From Neocallimastix sp. 'constans' (taxonomy: Eukaryota): a stretch of 64,000 nucleotides of DNA. The notes under the pieces are model-generated. The model was not told where the DNA came from and ran no database searches. It saw nothing but the letters and a program-made list of their open reading frames with translations. Positions 41,043-53,569 of the stretch are shown one piece after another; within the stretch, counting starts at the first letter, position 1, and each line of letters starts with the position of its first letter. A program made the translations under genes and the position numbers. The DNA lies in the NCBI GenBank assembly GCA_050613775.1, contig JBODTK010000013.1:868001-932000 (forward strand), in the 5' to 3' direction.

Positions 41043-42461
41043 ATGGTTGAACAAAACGTTAACGTAGAAATAAGTATTGACACTATCGAGGATGTCACTA
41101 ATATGGATGTGGTAGATGCCAATTCAACTACAATACATAGTATATCTTCTGGTAATACAGATACTACTGTATTAAACTTAGAAGTAGAAAGAGAAGTAAT
41201 AAAGATAGATTCCGATTTGGATTTAAAAAAGAAGATGGAATTAAGAGCTACTGAGGATGCCGACCTTGCTAAGTTAAATAAAGTAGAAGAAAAGCAGAAT
41301 GGTGATAATAATGAAAGTGTACTTAAAAAATTTATTAAAATTATAAAATTAGATCCTGTATTAATCATTGCTTGGATTATTGCTATTATTTCTTCTTTCT
41401 TTGTACTTCCTGATAGAAAATATATTGATTATATTGATTGGAGATCTTTAGGTATTTTATGGGCATTGATGGTTGTTGTTCAAGGTTTTAAGAAGAATTC
41501 TGTCTTTGAAAGAATTGGTCAATTTATGTTGAAAAGAGTTACTTATGGATGGCAATTAGCTGCTGTATTAATCTTTATGTGTTTCTTTGGAAGTATGTTA
41601 ATTACAAATGATGTTGCTTTAATTACTTTTGTACCTTTCGCCATTATGATTTTAAAATCTTCCTGCAGAGAAGATTTAATGATTCCAGTGATTGTTTATC
41701 AAACTGTTGCTGCCAATATGGGAAGTATGTTAACTCCAATTGGAAATCCACAAAATCTTTATCTTTATGGGGTTACCGGTATGTCTATTGGTGATTTCTT
41801 ATTAACTATGCTTCCATTATCCTCATTAACTTTAGTACTTTTAGCTCTCTGTATTTTCACTTTACCAAAGAAAACAAAGAAAATTGTAATGGATGAATAC
41901 TATACTGTGACTAAAGGAGCTAGTTCCATTCAAATCATTATTTATCTTCTCTTATTCGTCTTAGCTCTCTGTACTGTTCTTCGTTTAATTCCTTGGTATA
42001 TTGTAGCAGGTGTTATCTTTGTAGTAGTTGCTATCATGGATTACAAAATTATTCTTCGTGTAGACTATATATTATTATTAACATTCATTGGATTCTTTAT
42101 CTTTACTGGTAATATTGGACGTATAGCTAAGATTAAGGAAATACTAGAAGATCTTATTAAAGGAAGAGAATTTTTAGTATCTGCCATAACTAGTCAATTT
42201 ATTAGTAATGTTCCAGCCACTCTTTTATTGACCGGATTTACAGATCATTATAAAAGTCTTCTTCAAGGTGTCAATGTTGGTGGTTTAGGTACTTTAATTG
42301 CTTCAATGGCTAGTTTAATTTCTTATAAAGCTATAACAAATGTTTATCCAAGTACTAAAGGTAGATACTTTAAACAATTTACATTAATTAATGTTGTCTT
42401 TTTAATCATTTTATGCTCTTTTTGGTATGTAGTTTATGAATTACTTTTCCAAATTGATTAA
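41043..42461 (+). CDS. ArsB/NhaD (ion transporter superfamily; CitMHS/SLC13-like) permease, 472 aa, intronless
   Basis: Multiple TM segments with family motifs YIDWRSLGILW, SMLITNDVALITFVP, AANMGSMLTPIGNPQNLYL, SQFISNVPA and VNVGGLGTLIASMASLI. Confidence 0.92.
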   Translation: MVEQNVNVEISIDTIEDVTNMDVVDANSTTIHSISSGNTDTTVLNLEVEREVIKIDSDLDLKKKMELRATEDADLAKLNKVEEKQNGDNNESVLKKFIKIIKLDPVLIIAWIIAIISSFFVLPDRKYIDYIDWRSLGILWALMVVVQGFKKNSVFERIGQFMLKRVTYGWQLAAVLIFMCFFGSMLITNDVALITFVPFAIMILKSSCREDLMIPVIVYQTVAANMGSMLTPIGNPQNLYLYGVTGMSIGDFLLTMLPLSSLTLVLLALCIFTLPKKTKKIVMDEYYTVTKGASSIQIIIYLLLFVLALCTVLRLIPWYIVAGVIFVVVAIMDYKIILRVDYILLLTFIGFFIFTGNIGRIAKIKEILEDLIKGREFLVSAITSQFISNVPATLLLTGFTDHYKSLLQGVNVGGLGTLIASMASLISYKAITNVYPSTKGRYFKQFTLINVVFLIILCSFWYVVYELLFQID

Positions 42462-42604
42462 GGATAATTTTCCATTAAATATTAACATTTTAAGAAAAGA
42501 TAGAAAGAAAAAACAAAAAAAAGTAAATGGATCAAAAATAAAGCCCGAAAAAAAAAATAATAAATTTTAATAAATAATAAGAATATGATTACAAAAGAAA
42601 ATTA

Positions 42605-42640
<36 letters not shown>

Positions 42641-45399
42641 AACATCAACAACAAATTACTCACAATAATATGGAACAATATTTAAATAAATAAACAAGCA
42701 AAATAATAATATGGAACTGATATATATAGTTATTCTAAAGGTAATTCATTAATAGAAGCAAGTGTTAAGAAATAAGAAAAATTATTATTTAGACTATTTC
42801 TTTTCACAAATTATTTTATTTATTTTATTTAAGTTATAATAATAATATTTATTTATATTTAAGCATCCCTTTGTAAGATTAATTAGAAGTTAATTATACA
42901 TAAAGTTTTTTTTTTTTTATTTTTTTATTTTTAAAAAAAAAAAAATAATAAAAGTAAATGGATATATTATTTCATACATTTTTATTTATGTGAATTAAAA
43001 AAAAAATACCCATAGTACCCTTATGTTTTGAAAATATATTTATAAATAATATATATATTTTCTATTTATTAAAAATACCTTTATATATTTATTTTATTTA
43101 AGCATATATTTAATTATTTATTAAAAAAAAAAAAAAAAGAAAAAAAGAAAAAAGAAAATAAAAAAAATTTTAAATAAAACTTAAATATATAATAGTTACT
43201 ATATTCAAAGATAAAAAAAAAAAAAAAAAAATGAAGAAATAAGGATTACATCATTCAAAAAAAAAAAAAATTTTTTTTTCATCTTTGATGTTCTTCATTT
43301 GTGTAACTTTTTTTTTTTTTTTTAATATATATTAAAGATTTTAATATGTTTAAATAAATTTACCCTTGAATTTTTAATATAATTTAATATATTTTATACA
43401 TATATTATAATCAATTAGAAAAAATATTGGTTATTTTATTATTGTTTTAGTATTTCACAAAAAAAAAAAAACATGTATTAAAATTACCATTATTTTTTTA
43501 CAAAATATATTGCATTATATTATAATATATGAAATATTTTTAAATTTTAAATAAAAAAAAAAGAAAAAAGATTAGTTTTTCTAAAAAGAAGACCTGTCAC
43601 TCACAAATTGATAAATTAAAACCTTTTATTCCATAAAAAAATTTCTTAGCATTAAACTTTAAAAATTATTTTTTTTAAGGATTTAATGAATAAATGAATA
43701 AATAATTAAATAAATAAATAATTAAGTAAATTATTGAATTAATAAATAGATAGATATATAAATAGAATTCTAAATAAAAAAATAAACTTCAATAATTAAA
43801 TAAGTAAATAAATAAGTAAGCAATTAATTAAATAGATAAATAGATAAATAGAAATCTAAAAAAAAAAAAAAAGATATTATTAATATAAAAAGTAAATAAA
43901 TTATTAATAACTAAATAATTAAATTAATTAATAAAACATTAACTAAATAGATAACTCAAAGACTAAATAACTAAATAAATAACTAAATAACTAAATAAAT
44001 AAGTAAATAGATGAATAAAAAAATATATAATTAAATTAAGTAGATAACTAATTTAATAGATAAATAAATAATTAATTTAATATTTAAAAAATTGAATATA
44101 ATTAACAAATAAATATCAAATAAAACATAAAAATAAAATATAAATAAACTACTAAAAAACAAAACCAAAAACCAAAAAGAAATAAATAAAAAATAAATAA
44201 ATAAATAAATAATAAATAATAGATAAATAAATAAATAAAATAAACAAATAAGTAAATAAATAAAAAAGTAAATAAGTTAATAAAATTATCATCTAAAAAA
44301 AAACTAAGGGGATAATCATTTTTAATTTAAAAATTAAAAAAAAATTTTTTGTATGCATTATGTAGTTGTGTATAAAGGATATAAAGGATATGTATAAATA
44401 ATGTAAAAAAAAAAAGAATACAAATGATAAAGGTTTATATTGAAACATTGATTAATTTATTAATTATTTGCTATTTGCTATTTTCTTTTTTCTTTCTTTT
44501 ATATTGTTTTGTTTTATTTACTATTAAATGAATTAATAATAATAATAATAATTTTTATTTTTATTTTTATTTTTTTTTTTAGTTTTATTTATCATTAAAT
44601 GAATTAATAATATTAATAAAGATTTTTAAAAAGAATAAATAAATAAATAAATAAAATATTTATTATTAATATTATAATTTGTTGTTTTAAAAAGAGTAAA
44701 TAGTTGAGGATAGAGAGAATTAAAATACTTGTTTATTTAATAATTATATTGAATTTTTTATAAAGTATTAAAAGGATGAGTAAAAAAAAAAATACTGAAT
44801 TAATAAATAATGAAAAAAAAAGTAAAAAAGATTCTTAAATATAAATAAAGAAAAAAAAAAAAAAAAAAAGAATGATTATATAAGGTTATAATATCAATAT
44901 ATATTTATATTTAATAATAATATTAATAATAAATGAAAATAATAAATAACAATAATTATTATTAATGTATATATTATTATTATTATTATTATTAATTCTT
45001 AATAAAAGTTTTATATTTATATATATGTTCATTCAATTAATTAATAAACAAATAAAACTAATTAAATATATAAAATCTTAATTATTATTATTATTATATA
45101 TATTTATATTATTTTTATTTCTTTTATTTTTTTATTTTGTTCTTTTTTTAAATGTGTTATAATATTATATTATAAGATTAATGAATTAATTTAATAATAA
45201 TAATTGTTAAATTAATAATAAAAATTATTGGTTTTAATTGTTAAATAATAACAATAATTATTAATGAGTAAGATCAGTAATAATAATTACCAATGGTAAT
45301 TATTAATGATTAATATTAAGTTATATATATATTATGTAAATGAATATTTGTTTTGCTTATGTTTTATTGAATAATTTGAACATATTGTATTTTTATTAT

Positions 45400-45796
45400 T
45401 TATGATTTTGCTACAGTTATGGTTGTCATCGTTGGTGTAGGTACTTCCAATGGTATCACGGAAGGCGTGGTTAAGATAGGTGTTGTATTAGTTTTTGTAT
45501 TTATTGTTGCAGTGGGTATTGTAGGCTTATTTATTAGTTTATCTATTATTAATTGCTTTGGCTCATCTATTAATTATAATACAAATGTAATCATAATGTT
45601 CATTAATATATATATTTATATATATATATGTATGTAACAATATTATAATAAAATCATTATATAAATAATAAAATTAATAATAATAATAATAATAATAATA
45701 AAAGTAACATAATAATTTTATATGTTATAAATGAATGAAAAATAATAAATATATATATATGTATCCAAAAGAAAAGAAAAGAAAAGAAAAGAAAAG

Positions 45797-45832
<36 letters not shown>

Positions 45833-45886
45833 AGTTAATATTTGTTATTAGTAATAATTTTTATAACTATTATAATTAATTAATTA

Positions 45887-45937
<51 letters not shown>

Positions 45938-46174
45938 TTTCTATTATGATAATCATTTATTAAAATTCAACATAAATATTAATATATAAATTTATACAAA
46001 AATAAATAGAGTTTTTTACTTGAATGCCACATGGAGCCATTAAATGTACTTCCAAGGGTACCAAATACAATAGGTTGTCGTACCCATTTACGCACTTTTT
46101 TAGAAGGATCGAAGGAAATTTTATTTTTTGCTGCAATTAATAATTCATTTTTCATGGCAGATAGATGTCCAGTT

Positions 46175-46205
<31 letters not shown>

Positions 46206-46836
46206 TATAATAATAATAATAATAATAAAGAAAACATATAAATAAAAAGTATAATAATAAAATTATAATGTTAATAAAGTAAATATTAGTTGCATATATA
46301 TAAAATAATATATTATTATTTATTATGCATTTCATTCATTTATTATATAAAATATTAACTATTATTATTATTATTTATTATTATTAATTTTATCAATATC
46401 ATTATCACTATTATCATTTATTTTTTATATATATTTACCTTGACTATCATTAGAAGTTAATATTTTTTTTTTTTTTTTTTAAAAAAAAAATTGTTATTAT
46501 TATTATTTAAAAGATAAAAAGTTAAAAAAGAATAATATTCGTTAGTTTATTATTTCTGTTATACTTAACGTATTATTAAAAAAAAATAAAAAATTATAAA
46601 GGGATAATAAATTTTAAAAAATGCTTTTAATTATAAATATATTTATCCTATATATTTATTGAATGTATCATATATCATATTATCATTTCTTAAATGATAA
46701 AATATAAAGAATAATTTTATTTTTAATTTTAATTAAATAAATTTCAAATTTCAAATTCAATTAAAATTAATTAATCTTAAAAAATCTTGAAATTAATATA
46801 AATTCCAATGTTTCATAATTTATAATTATTGTTTAT

Positions 46837-46871
<35 letters not shown>

Positions 46872-47454
46872 CAATAATATAATTTTCCTCCCTTCCAAAT
46901 GCTCAATTAATTATAAATGTAACAAAAATAAAAATATATATCTTATATATCATTATAATTAAAAATTCTTTGAAATTTACTTTCTCTTCTTTCTTTTTTT
47001 CTTTGGTGGTTTATTTTCATTTACAGGAGTAGTTGTATTATTGTCTTCTTTATTTTTGGTATCAACATTAACACTTCCTTTTTTAATAGACTCTGATATT
47101 GAATTACTTGTACCAGCATTATTATTTGTAGCTGAAGCTGTAGCTGTAGCTGTAGCAGTGGTATTTGTATTTATTAATGAATTAATTGTCTATTTTTTTT
47201 TTTTTAGGAAAATTTAATTTTTAAAAATTGTTAGAATTTCATAAATAATTGATTCCAAACTATTCAATATTTATTATATAATGACTTGATTTTTATATAA
47301 TGTTAAATACATATTAATGTAAAAATAAAGGGTTTCTTTTTTTTTTTTTTTTATGTTTTTTTTTTTTGAAAGATACCATTTTTTCATCTTTAATATTCGC
47401 TTTCTGTTCACTTTTATCTTTAATTATATTTGAATTTTGCTCGTTTGCTGACAT
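45400..47454 (-). CDS. Small predicted nuclear protein with a two-Trp hairpin motif, Ies4/BCL7-like chromatin-remodeller subunit candidate, about 204 aa, 5 exons (47454-47377, 47189-46981, 46443-46439, 46175-46020, 45566-45400)
   Basis: GT-AG spliced open frame MSANEQ...PPKKKRKKRNQETGH...FDPSKKVRKWVRQPIVFGTLGSTFNGSMWHSN...VAKS*. Basic NLS-like patch; Thr-rich low-complexity ends. Confidence 0.7.
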
Positions 47455-48498
47455 TTCCTAAAATTATCATACATATATATCTATTAATATAATAATAATA
47501 ATAATAATATTAATATTAGAAAAGATATATTATTTGTTAATACTAATTTATTTTAAAATGTTTCTATTCAATATTGGTTATATTATTATTTAAAAATAAA
47601 TATAACAACACTTACAAAGAATTAAATAAAATTTAAAATAACATAATAATATTTATTATTTATTTAATTAAATTATAGAATAATTACTGATTTTTTATTT
47701 TTTATTTTATTTTTTTTTTTTATTGAAGGTATATAAGTGGTAATCTATTTTTTTTTTTATTTTTATTTTTTATAAAAAATAATAATAAATCAACAGATTA
47801 ATTTAAAAAAAATATATATATATTTTTTTATTCTATTTTATTCTTATTCTATATATCATTTTTTATATTTTATATTAAATAATTTTTTTTTTTTATTATT
47901 ATTTTTATTTTTCATTTTTTTTTTTTTTTTATTTTATGTTAATTTTTTTTTTTTTTTAAAATTTTAATAAAATTTTTCATTTATTTTATTTAATATCCCA
48001 TTTTAAAAAAAAAAAAGATTTTCAAAAAAAAAAAAATTTTTTTTTTCCTTTTGGAAAAGTTAATATTATATTCTTACTAAATAAATAAATATATATATAT
48101 ATAAATAAATTTTAATATTAAATATTAAATATTAAATATAGTTTGTATAATTTTTTTAATAAATTTATTTAAATATTCATTTATATTTATATTTATATAT
48201 TGAGTCATATAAAAAGTGATAAAAATATTTTTATAATAATTAAAGTTTATTTATTAAGATTTTAATAATGTATATACAATAAAATTGAAAATTTACATTT
48301 GTATTTATAATAAATGTGGCTTAATACTAATAAAGAAAAATTAATACAACGAGAAATTTAAATGTATTTACATTAAAATAATAAAATAATATATTTTATT
48401 AAATATATTTTCGAACATTTATAAAATAATGACAAGAAGTTAAAAATTTTATTTTATATTAAAAATTTAATTTTTTTCAAATAATAAATACTAATGAA

Positions 48499-48547
<49 letters not shown>

Positions 48548-49398
48548 GATAAGAAATCAGGTATACTTTAAATAAAAAGAAATAATTAATGAATCAATTT
48601 CAAACCAATAAAATAAAAATAAAATGTATAATAAATATATATACATGTAAATAATAAATCATAAATAATTATTTTAAAAATAATAATGATAATAATAATT
48701 TAATAATATGATGATAGTAAATAATAATGAATGGATCAATTTTTATTTTTATAAATATATATATATATTTAATTTTTTTTTTTTTTTTTTTTTATTAATA
48801 ATAAAATAACTTAATATAACTACCTCAATGTTTAAATAAAATAAAATATCTTACAATAAAAATGCCTATTTTAAAATAATTACAATGAAATTTAAAAAAT
48901 AATAATAATAATAATAATTTATTAAAAATTTGAAAAATTAAAAAATAAAAATAAAAATAAAAAATTGTTTATCACTTTAAATTACTACAATTATATATAT
49001 AAAAAAAAAATTTTTTTTAATAATTATGATATAAAGATAACATGAAAAATGGAATAAAAGAATAATTGATTTTTTTTCTCTCTTTTTTTTTTTTTTTTAT
49101 ATAAAAAAAATAATATTTATAATGGATAATAAATAAATAAAATAATAAAAAAAAAAATAAAAAATAAAAATAGAAAAAAAAAAAAAAAAAAATCAAATTA
49201 TTACAATTATTTTATCTTTTATATATTTCTCTATATGATGTACAATCTTAAATTTTAAATTTTCTTTCCTTCTTTCATACTTTTTTTTTTAAATCATTTT
49301 TTTATTATGATATTGACATTGATGTTAGTTTTATTTTTATTTTTTCTTTTTTTATGTCTTTGTTTCTTTGTTTGTGATGGTTTAACTTTTCTTTCATT

Positions 49399-50292
49399 CT
49401 AATTTTCGTTATTATTATTTTCTCCATTAAAATTACCACGTCCATTACCACGACCACGGAAGTTATTACCACGTGGATTGCCACGGAAACCATTACCTCT
49501 AAAGCTATTACCTCTGAAGTTGTTACCATTACCACGGAAATTATTTCCACGGAAGTTATTTCCACCTCTGAAGCTACCACCGCGACCATTGCCACGACCA
49601 CGGAAATCGCTATTACCGCGATTACTACCATCTTGACCTCTATCACCACCTGAAAAGCCTCCACGACCATTATCACGACCATTACCACGTCCGTTACCAC
49701 GACCACTACCACCACGACTAAAACCACGTCCATTGCCACGACTACTACCACGACTGAAACCACGTCCATTACCACGTCCACCACCACGACTAAAACCATG
49801 ACTATTTCTGCTAGGTGGTTCAGAATTTAAGATACTTTCCACAGTAAAATCGTTTTCCCATTTTTCTAACATACCTTGAATTTTATCAACTGGAACCCCA
49901 TGAAGTGTTTTACCAGCTAATTGTTCAACATCACCGTTTTTCCACCATGCTGTATCTGGTTCACGAATTTCAATTTTATAACCAAATTCTTGTGCCATTT
50001 CAACATAAACTTTTGCTTCCCAACGTCTAACATTAGTATTATCAATAATGATAGGTGAAACGCCTTCTTGACACTTTTCTCTACATTTTTGTTGATTGGA
50101 AGCATGAGCTTCACTAATTTTTGAAGGATCATATACATATTTACCATCAACCATGAAATAGTCATCTGATGATAAAATAACACCCTTATTATCATGACTA
50201 CTATTAATAGATTTTGCTAAAGTAGTTTTACCTGATCCTGGTAAACCTCTTAAGATATAAAAAAGTTTTTCATTATTTTTTGCTTCAGCCAT
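49399..50292 (-). CDS. N4BP2/N4BP2L-like P-loop (AAA_33, polynucleotide-kinase-like) protein with a C-terminal RGG/RGN-rich tail, 297 aa
   Basis: YILRGLPGSGKTTLA Walker A, SSDDYF, IIIDNTN and HGVP..KI..ML..WE motifs, then about 130 aa of GRGNGRGFSRGG/NFRG repeats. Single exon. Confidence 0.9.
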   Translation of the reverse strand: MAEAKNNEKLFYILRGLPGSGKTTLAKSINSSHDNKGVILSSDDYFMVDGKYVYDPSKISEAHASNQQKCREKCQEGVSPIIIDNTNVRRWEAKVYVEMAQEFGYKIEIREPDTAWWKNGDVEQLAGKTLHGVPVDKIQGMLEKWENDFTVESILNSEPPSRNSHGFSRGGGRGNGRGFSRGSSRGNGRGFSRGGSGRGNGRGNGRDNGRGGFSGGDRGQDGSNRGNSDFRGRGNGRGGSFRGGNNFRGNNFRGNGNNFRGNSFRGNGFRGNPRGNNFRGRGNGRGNFNGENNNNEN

Positions 50293-51611
50293 TCTAGTAT
50301 ATCTATATCTATATTATTTTTGTAATTATTTCTTAAAGGTATAATAATAACCTCTGATACTTTTTTTTTTGTCTAAATGATTAATTTCTAAAAAAGAATA
50401 AAAAAAAAAAAAAATATAACCCAATGTTTTTATCTATAATATATACATAAATATATGATTAAAAAATAAATAAAATAAATAAAAGTATATTATATTATAT
50501 TATATATATTATAGATAATAATAAAAATAAAAAATAATAATAATAATTATATATATATATGTTTTAATTATCTATTTATTTTTCTAATGATTCATATATA
50601 CATATATACTATTATTATTTAATTTGCTGGTTGTTTATTTTATTGAATGTAATATTTATAAATAATTTTTATGTTTATTTTTATTTTTTTCTTTTTTTTA
50701 AAGAAAAATTGATAATCCATTAAACCCAAAATAATATGAAATGAAACATTAAAAATTGTTTATTGTTATTTTTCAACATTTAAAATAAAAATCTTTTTTA
50801 AAAACTTTACTTTTCTTTCTTTATTCATTATAAATAAAATACTTTTTTTTTTTTTTTTTTTTTTTTCATTCAAATATCTTATTATTTTCTTTTAAATAAT
50901 TAATAATTTATTTAAAAATTTAATATTTTCTAATTGTTTTTGTACATATTTTGATTTTACACTAATATTTTAATTTCTTTTATTAATACTTATTATTATT
51001 TTCATTCTATATACATTAATAATTTATTATTTTTTTATTTTTTATTTTTTGTCCTTTATTTTCTTGATAAAATAAAAATATACCTTTTATTGCAATTTAA
51101 CATATATTGCACTTTTTTTTTTAAATAAAGTAAAAAAAAAAAAATAATAATATTATTATTATTTTTTTATTTTGTGTTTTTTTTAAATAAAATTGGTAAT
51201 ATATTAATTATAAAAAAAATAATTTTTTTTTTTAATATTGAACATTTATATTTATTATTATATTAATGGGGTATATATATTATGAAATAAATAATTTTAT
51301 AATTTTTAATATTAAGATATCTAAAATAATATTAAATAACAATAAATAATCTTAAATTATTTATATTAAAATATAAAAAATAATTTAATTAGTAATTTTA
51401 ATTTATGTTAATAATCATAGAATTTTATAATAATTTATCATTGTTCACGTGAGCATATTAATAATACTAGTAATAGAAAAATGTTTTATTGTAATAAAGT
51501 TATATTAAATTATGTATAAAAACTTTGACTTTTATTATATGTAATATGTGTAGCAACATATTTATATATTTGAATATTTATATATTCAGATATTAAATTT
51601 ATATTATATAT

Positions 51612-51772
51612 GTAAAATCTTGTGATGTTTTACTACTAATATCACATTCGTTTATATCAGCTCCATGTTCAATTAAATATTTAACGATATCTGAATTTCT
51701 ACTTTCACATAGACAAAATAATGGTATATCATCGAAATCGCTTTTTTTTTTTATTAATATCTTCTATCTGCT
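51612..51772 (-). pseudogene. Ankyrin-repeat fragment
   Basis: Minus strand reads DFDDIPLFCLCESRNSDIVKYLIEHGADINECD, with an upstream frameshift in a poly(A) run. Confidence 0.8.
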
Positions 51773-52039
51773 CTTGTAATTACATTTTTATAAAATTTTA
51801 ATTTATAAATAAACTTTATAAAAAAATTTTTTTTCATAGATAATGATTTTAACATAACATTTAATAATAATAAAGAACATATATTTTTTTATTTTTTAAA
51901 TTTTCCATATATAAAAATAAATATCCTACTGATATATATTAATAAAAATTTACATTAGAAATATTCAATATATTTATTTTATTTTTTAATTTATTAATAT
52001 TAATAATTAATGATTTTTTTGTTATTAATTATTTTATTT

Positions 52040-52089
<50 letters not shown>

Positions 52090-52287
52090 AAATTTAATTA
52101 AAATAAATATTCAGATTTTTAAAATTCTGAAAAGTTATTTTTATATATTAAAAATAATATATATATTTAAATTTATTTTTCTGTACTTTAAATCATATTT
52201 AAAGTACAGATAATATTATATATGTTTTAATATTTAATTATGGTTTGTTCCAAATACATATTAATATATATTTAATTTGTACTTAAT

Positions 52288-52612
52288 TATTCAGCTTCGG
52301 ATGTAGATGTTGCAAACAGTTGCCTGTATTTTATAATACCATGAAATAGGATTTATATCCATTAAAATAATGTATCCTGAAGTAAATTTTCTAATGTTTG
52401 GATCTCCTGTAAAATCCGAATCCATATGTACATTTATTTTAGCTTTACCGTCATATCTTACTTTATGCTTTGATCCATTCAATTATTTTAATATTTGATT
52501 AGCTTTTTTTCTAATCAGCTTAAGTTAGATTTTCTGATTTCCTGGCTGCAAAATTGATGGTATATGTAATATCTGGATGAATAAATATTTTTTATCCAAT
52601 ATTAATTAAGCG
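52288..52612 (-). pseudogene. Ty1/Copia RT-RNase H junction remnant
   Basis: HPDITYTINFAARK... then MDSDFTGDPNIRKFTSGYIILMDINPISW..KIQATV (the Copia RNase H 'DSDWAGD..RKSTSGY...ISW.SKKQ' block). Confidence 0.9.
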
Positions 52613-52619
52613 ATTTGGA

Positions 52620-52930
52620 GTATTTAAAACTTCCAAATCTTCGATGATATCTTTTAAGGAAAGATCAATGATCATTTGTTTTAAAATGGTTTGATTAAAA
52701 TTAATTTCTAGATTTTTAAAAGCTAAAAGAATAGTAGCCCCAGCTGTAATTGGCGAAGAAAATGAAGTTCCTGAATAAAAAACATTAGTATCTTAAACTT
52801 TATTATTTTCTACTTTTTCAGGGAATATAGCTATTCTAACATAACCAGGAACAAAAATATATCTACACAACTACTATAATTACTAAAATCAGAAGTTCTA
52901 TAAATTTGACTATTGTAAGTAATTTCTTGA
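52620..52930 (-). pseudogene. Subtilisin-like (S8) serine protease C-terminal fragment
   Basis: SDFSNYSSCVDI(fs)..PGY and the catalytic-Ser block YSGTSFSSPITAGA. An in-frame stop and a frameshift are present. Confidence 0.85.
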
Positions 52931-53569
52931 TCCTCTTTACTTTTAAAAAAATTCTTCTTTAATAAAAATTAATACTATAAAAATTATTTCAGATTTTAAT
53001 AAAAGTATCAATACTATCAGGACTCTTCCATTCTATATAGACATGTACATAAATTATAACAATAAATCAATACTAATTACTTATTTATAATTAGTCTTTA
53101 TCTAGAAAAACTTTTCTCAGATTAAGAATATCATTCAACCAAATGAGGCATTAATTTAATTCAACTTAATGAGGCATGCCAGAAACAATTCTTCAATAGA
53201 TAAACTCCGTGATTCAGAAAATTTGATTACTTTATCCACTGCTAATTAAGGAGAATGAAGAAGTTATAAAGATAAAAGAAAAAATCACTTGATTAATATT
53301 GAGAGTTTGAATAATATTGAAATAACTATAGATATAACCAATATTCTACATGAAAAATGAATCTACAACATGCTATGAAAAAAATTATCACTAGGCTTGG
53401 TAACAGAGTTGTTGATCAAATATATAATATGACTCAAGTTAATATGAAATATCACTCAAAAATTATCAATTAATTCAATTTTAGGAAAACATTTCTCTAA
53501 GTGAAAAATAAAGAATTTTTTTTGGGGGGACTTTTTTTGTTGCTTTTTTATTAGTTTTTGTAGTAGTAT

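Noticed and set aside
49305..49799. Val-rich 164-aa ORF overlapping the kinase-RGG gene
   Set aside because: Alternative frame of the GGT/CGT repeat tail.
53100..53480. Coding-like composition between the S8 and Thr-rich fragments
   Set aside because: No recognisable motif on either strand by eye; left unassigned pending BLASTX.
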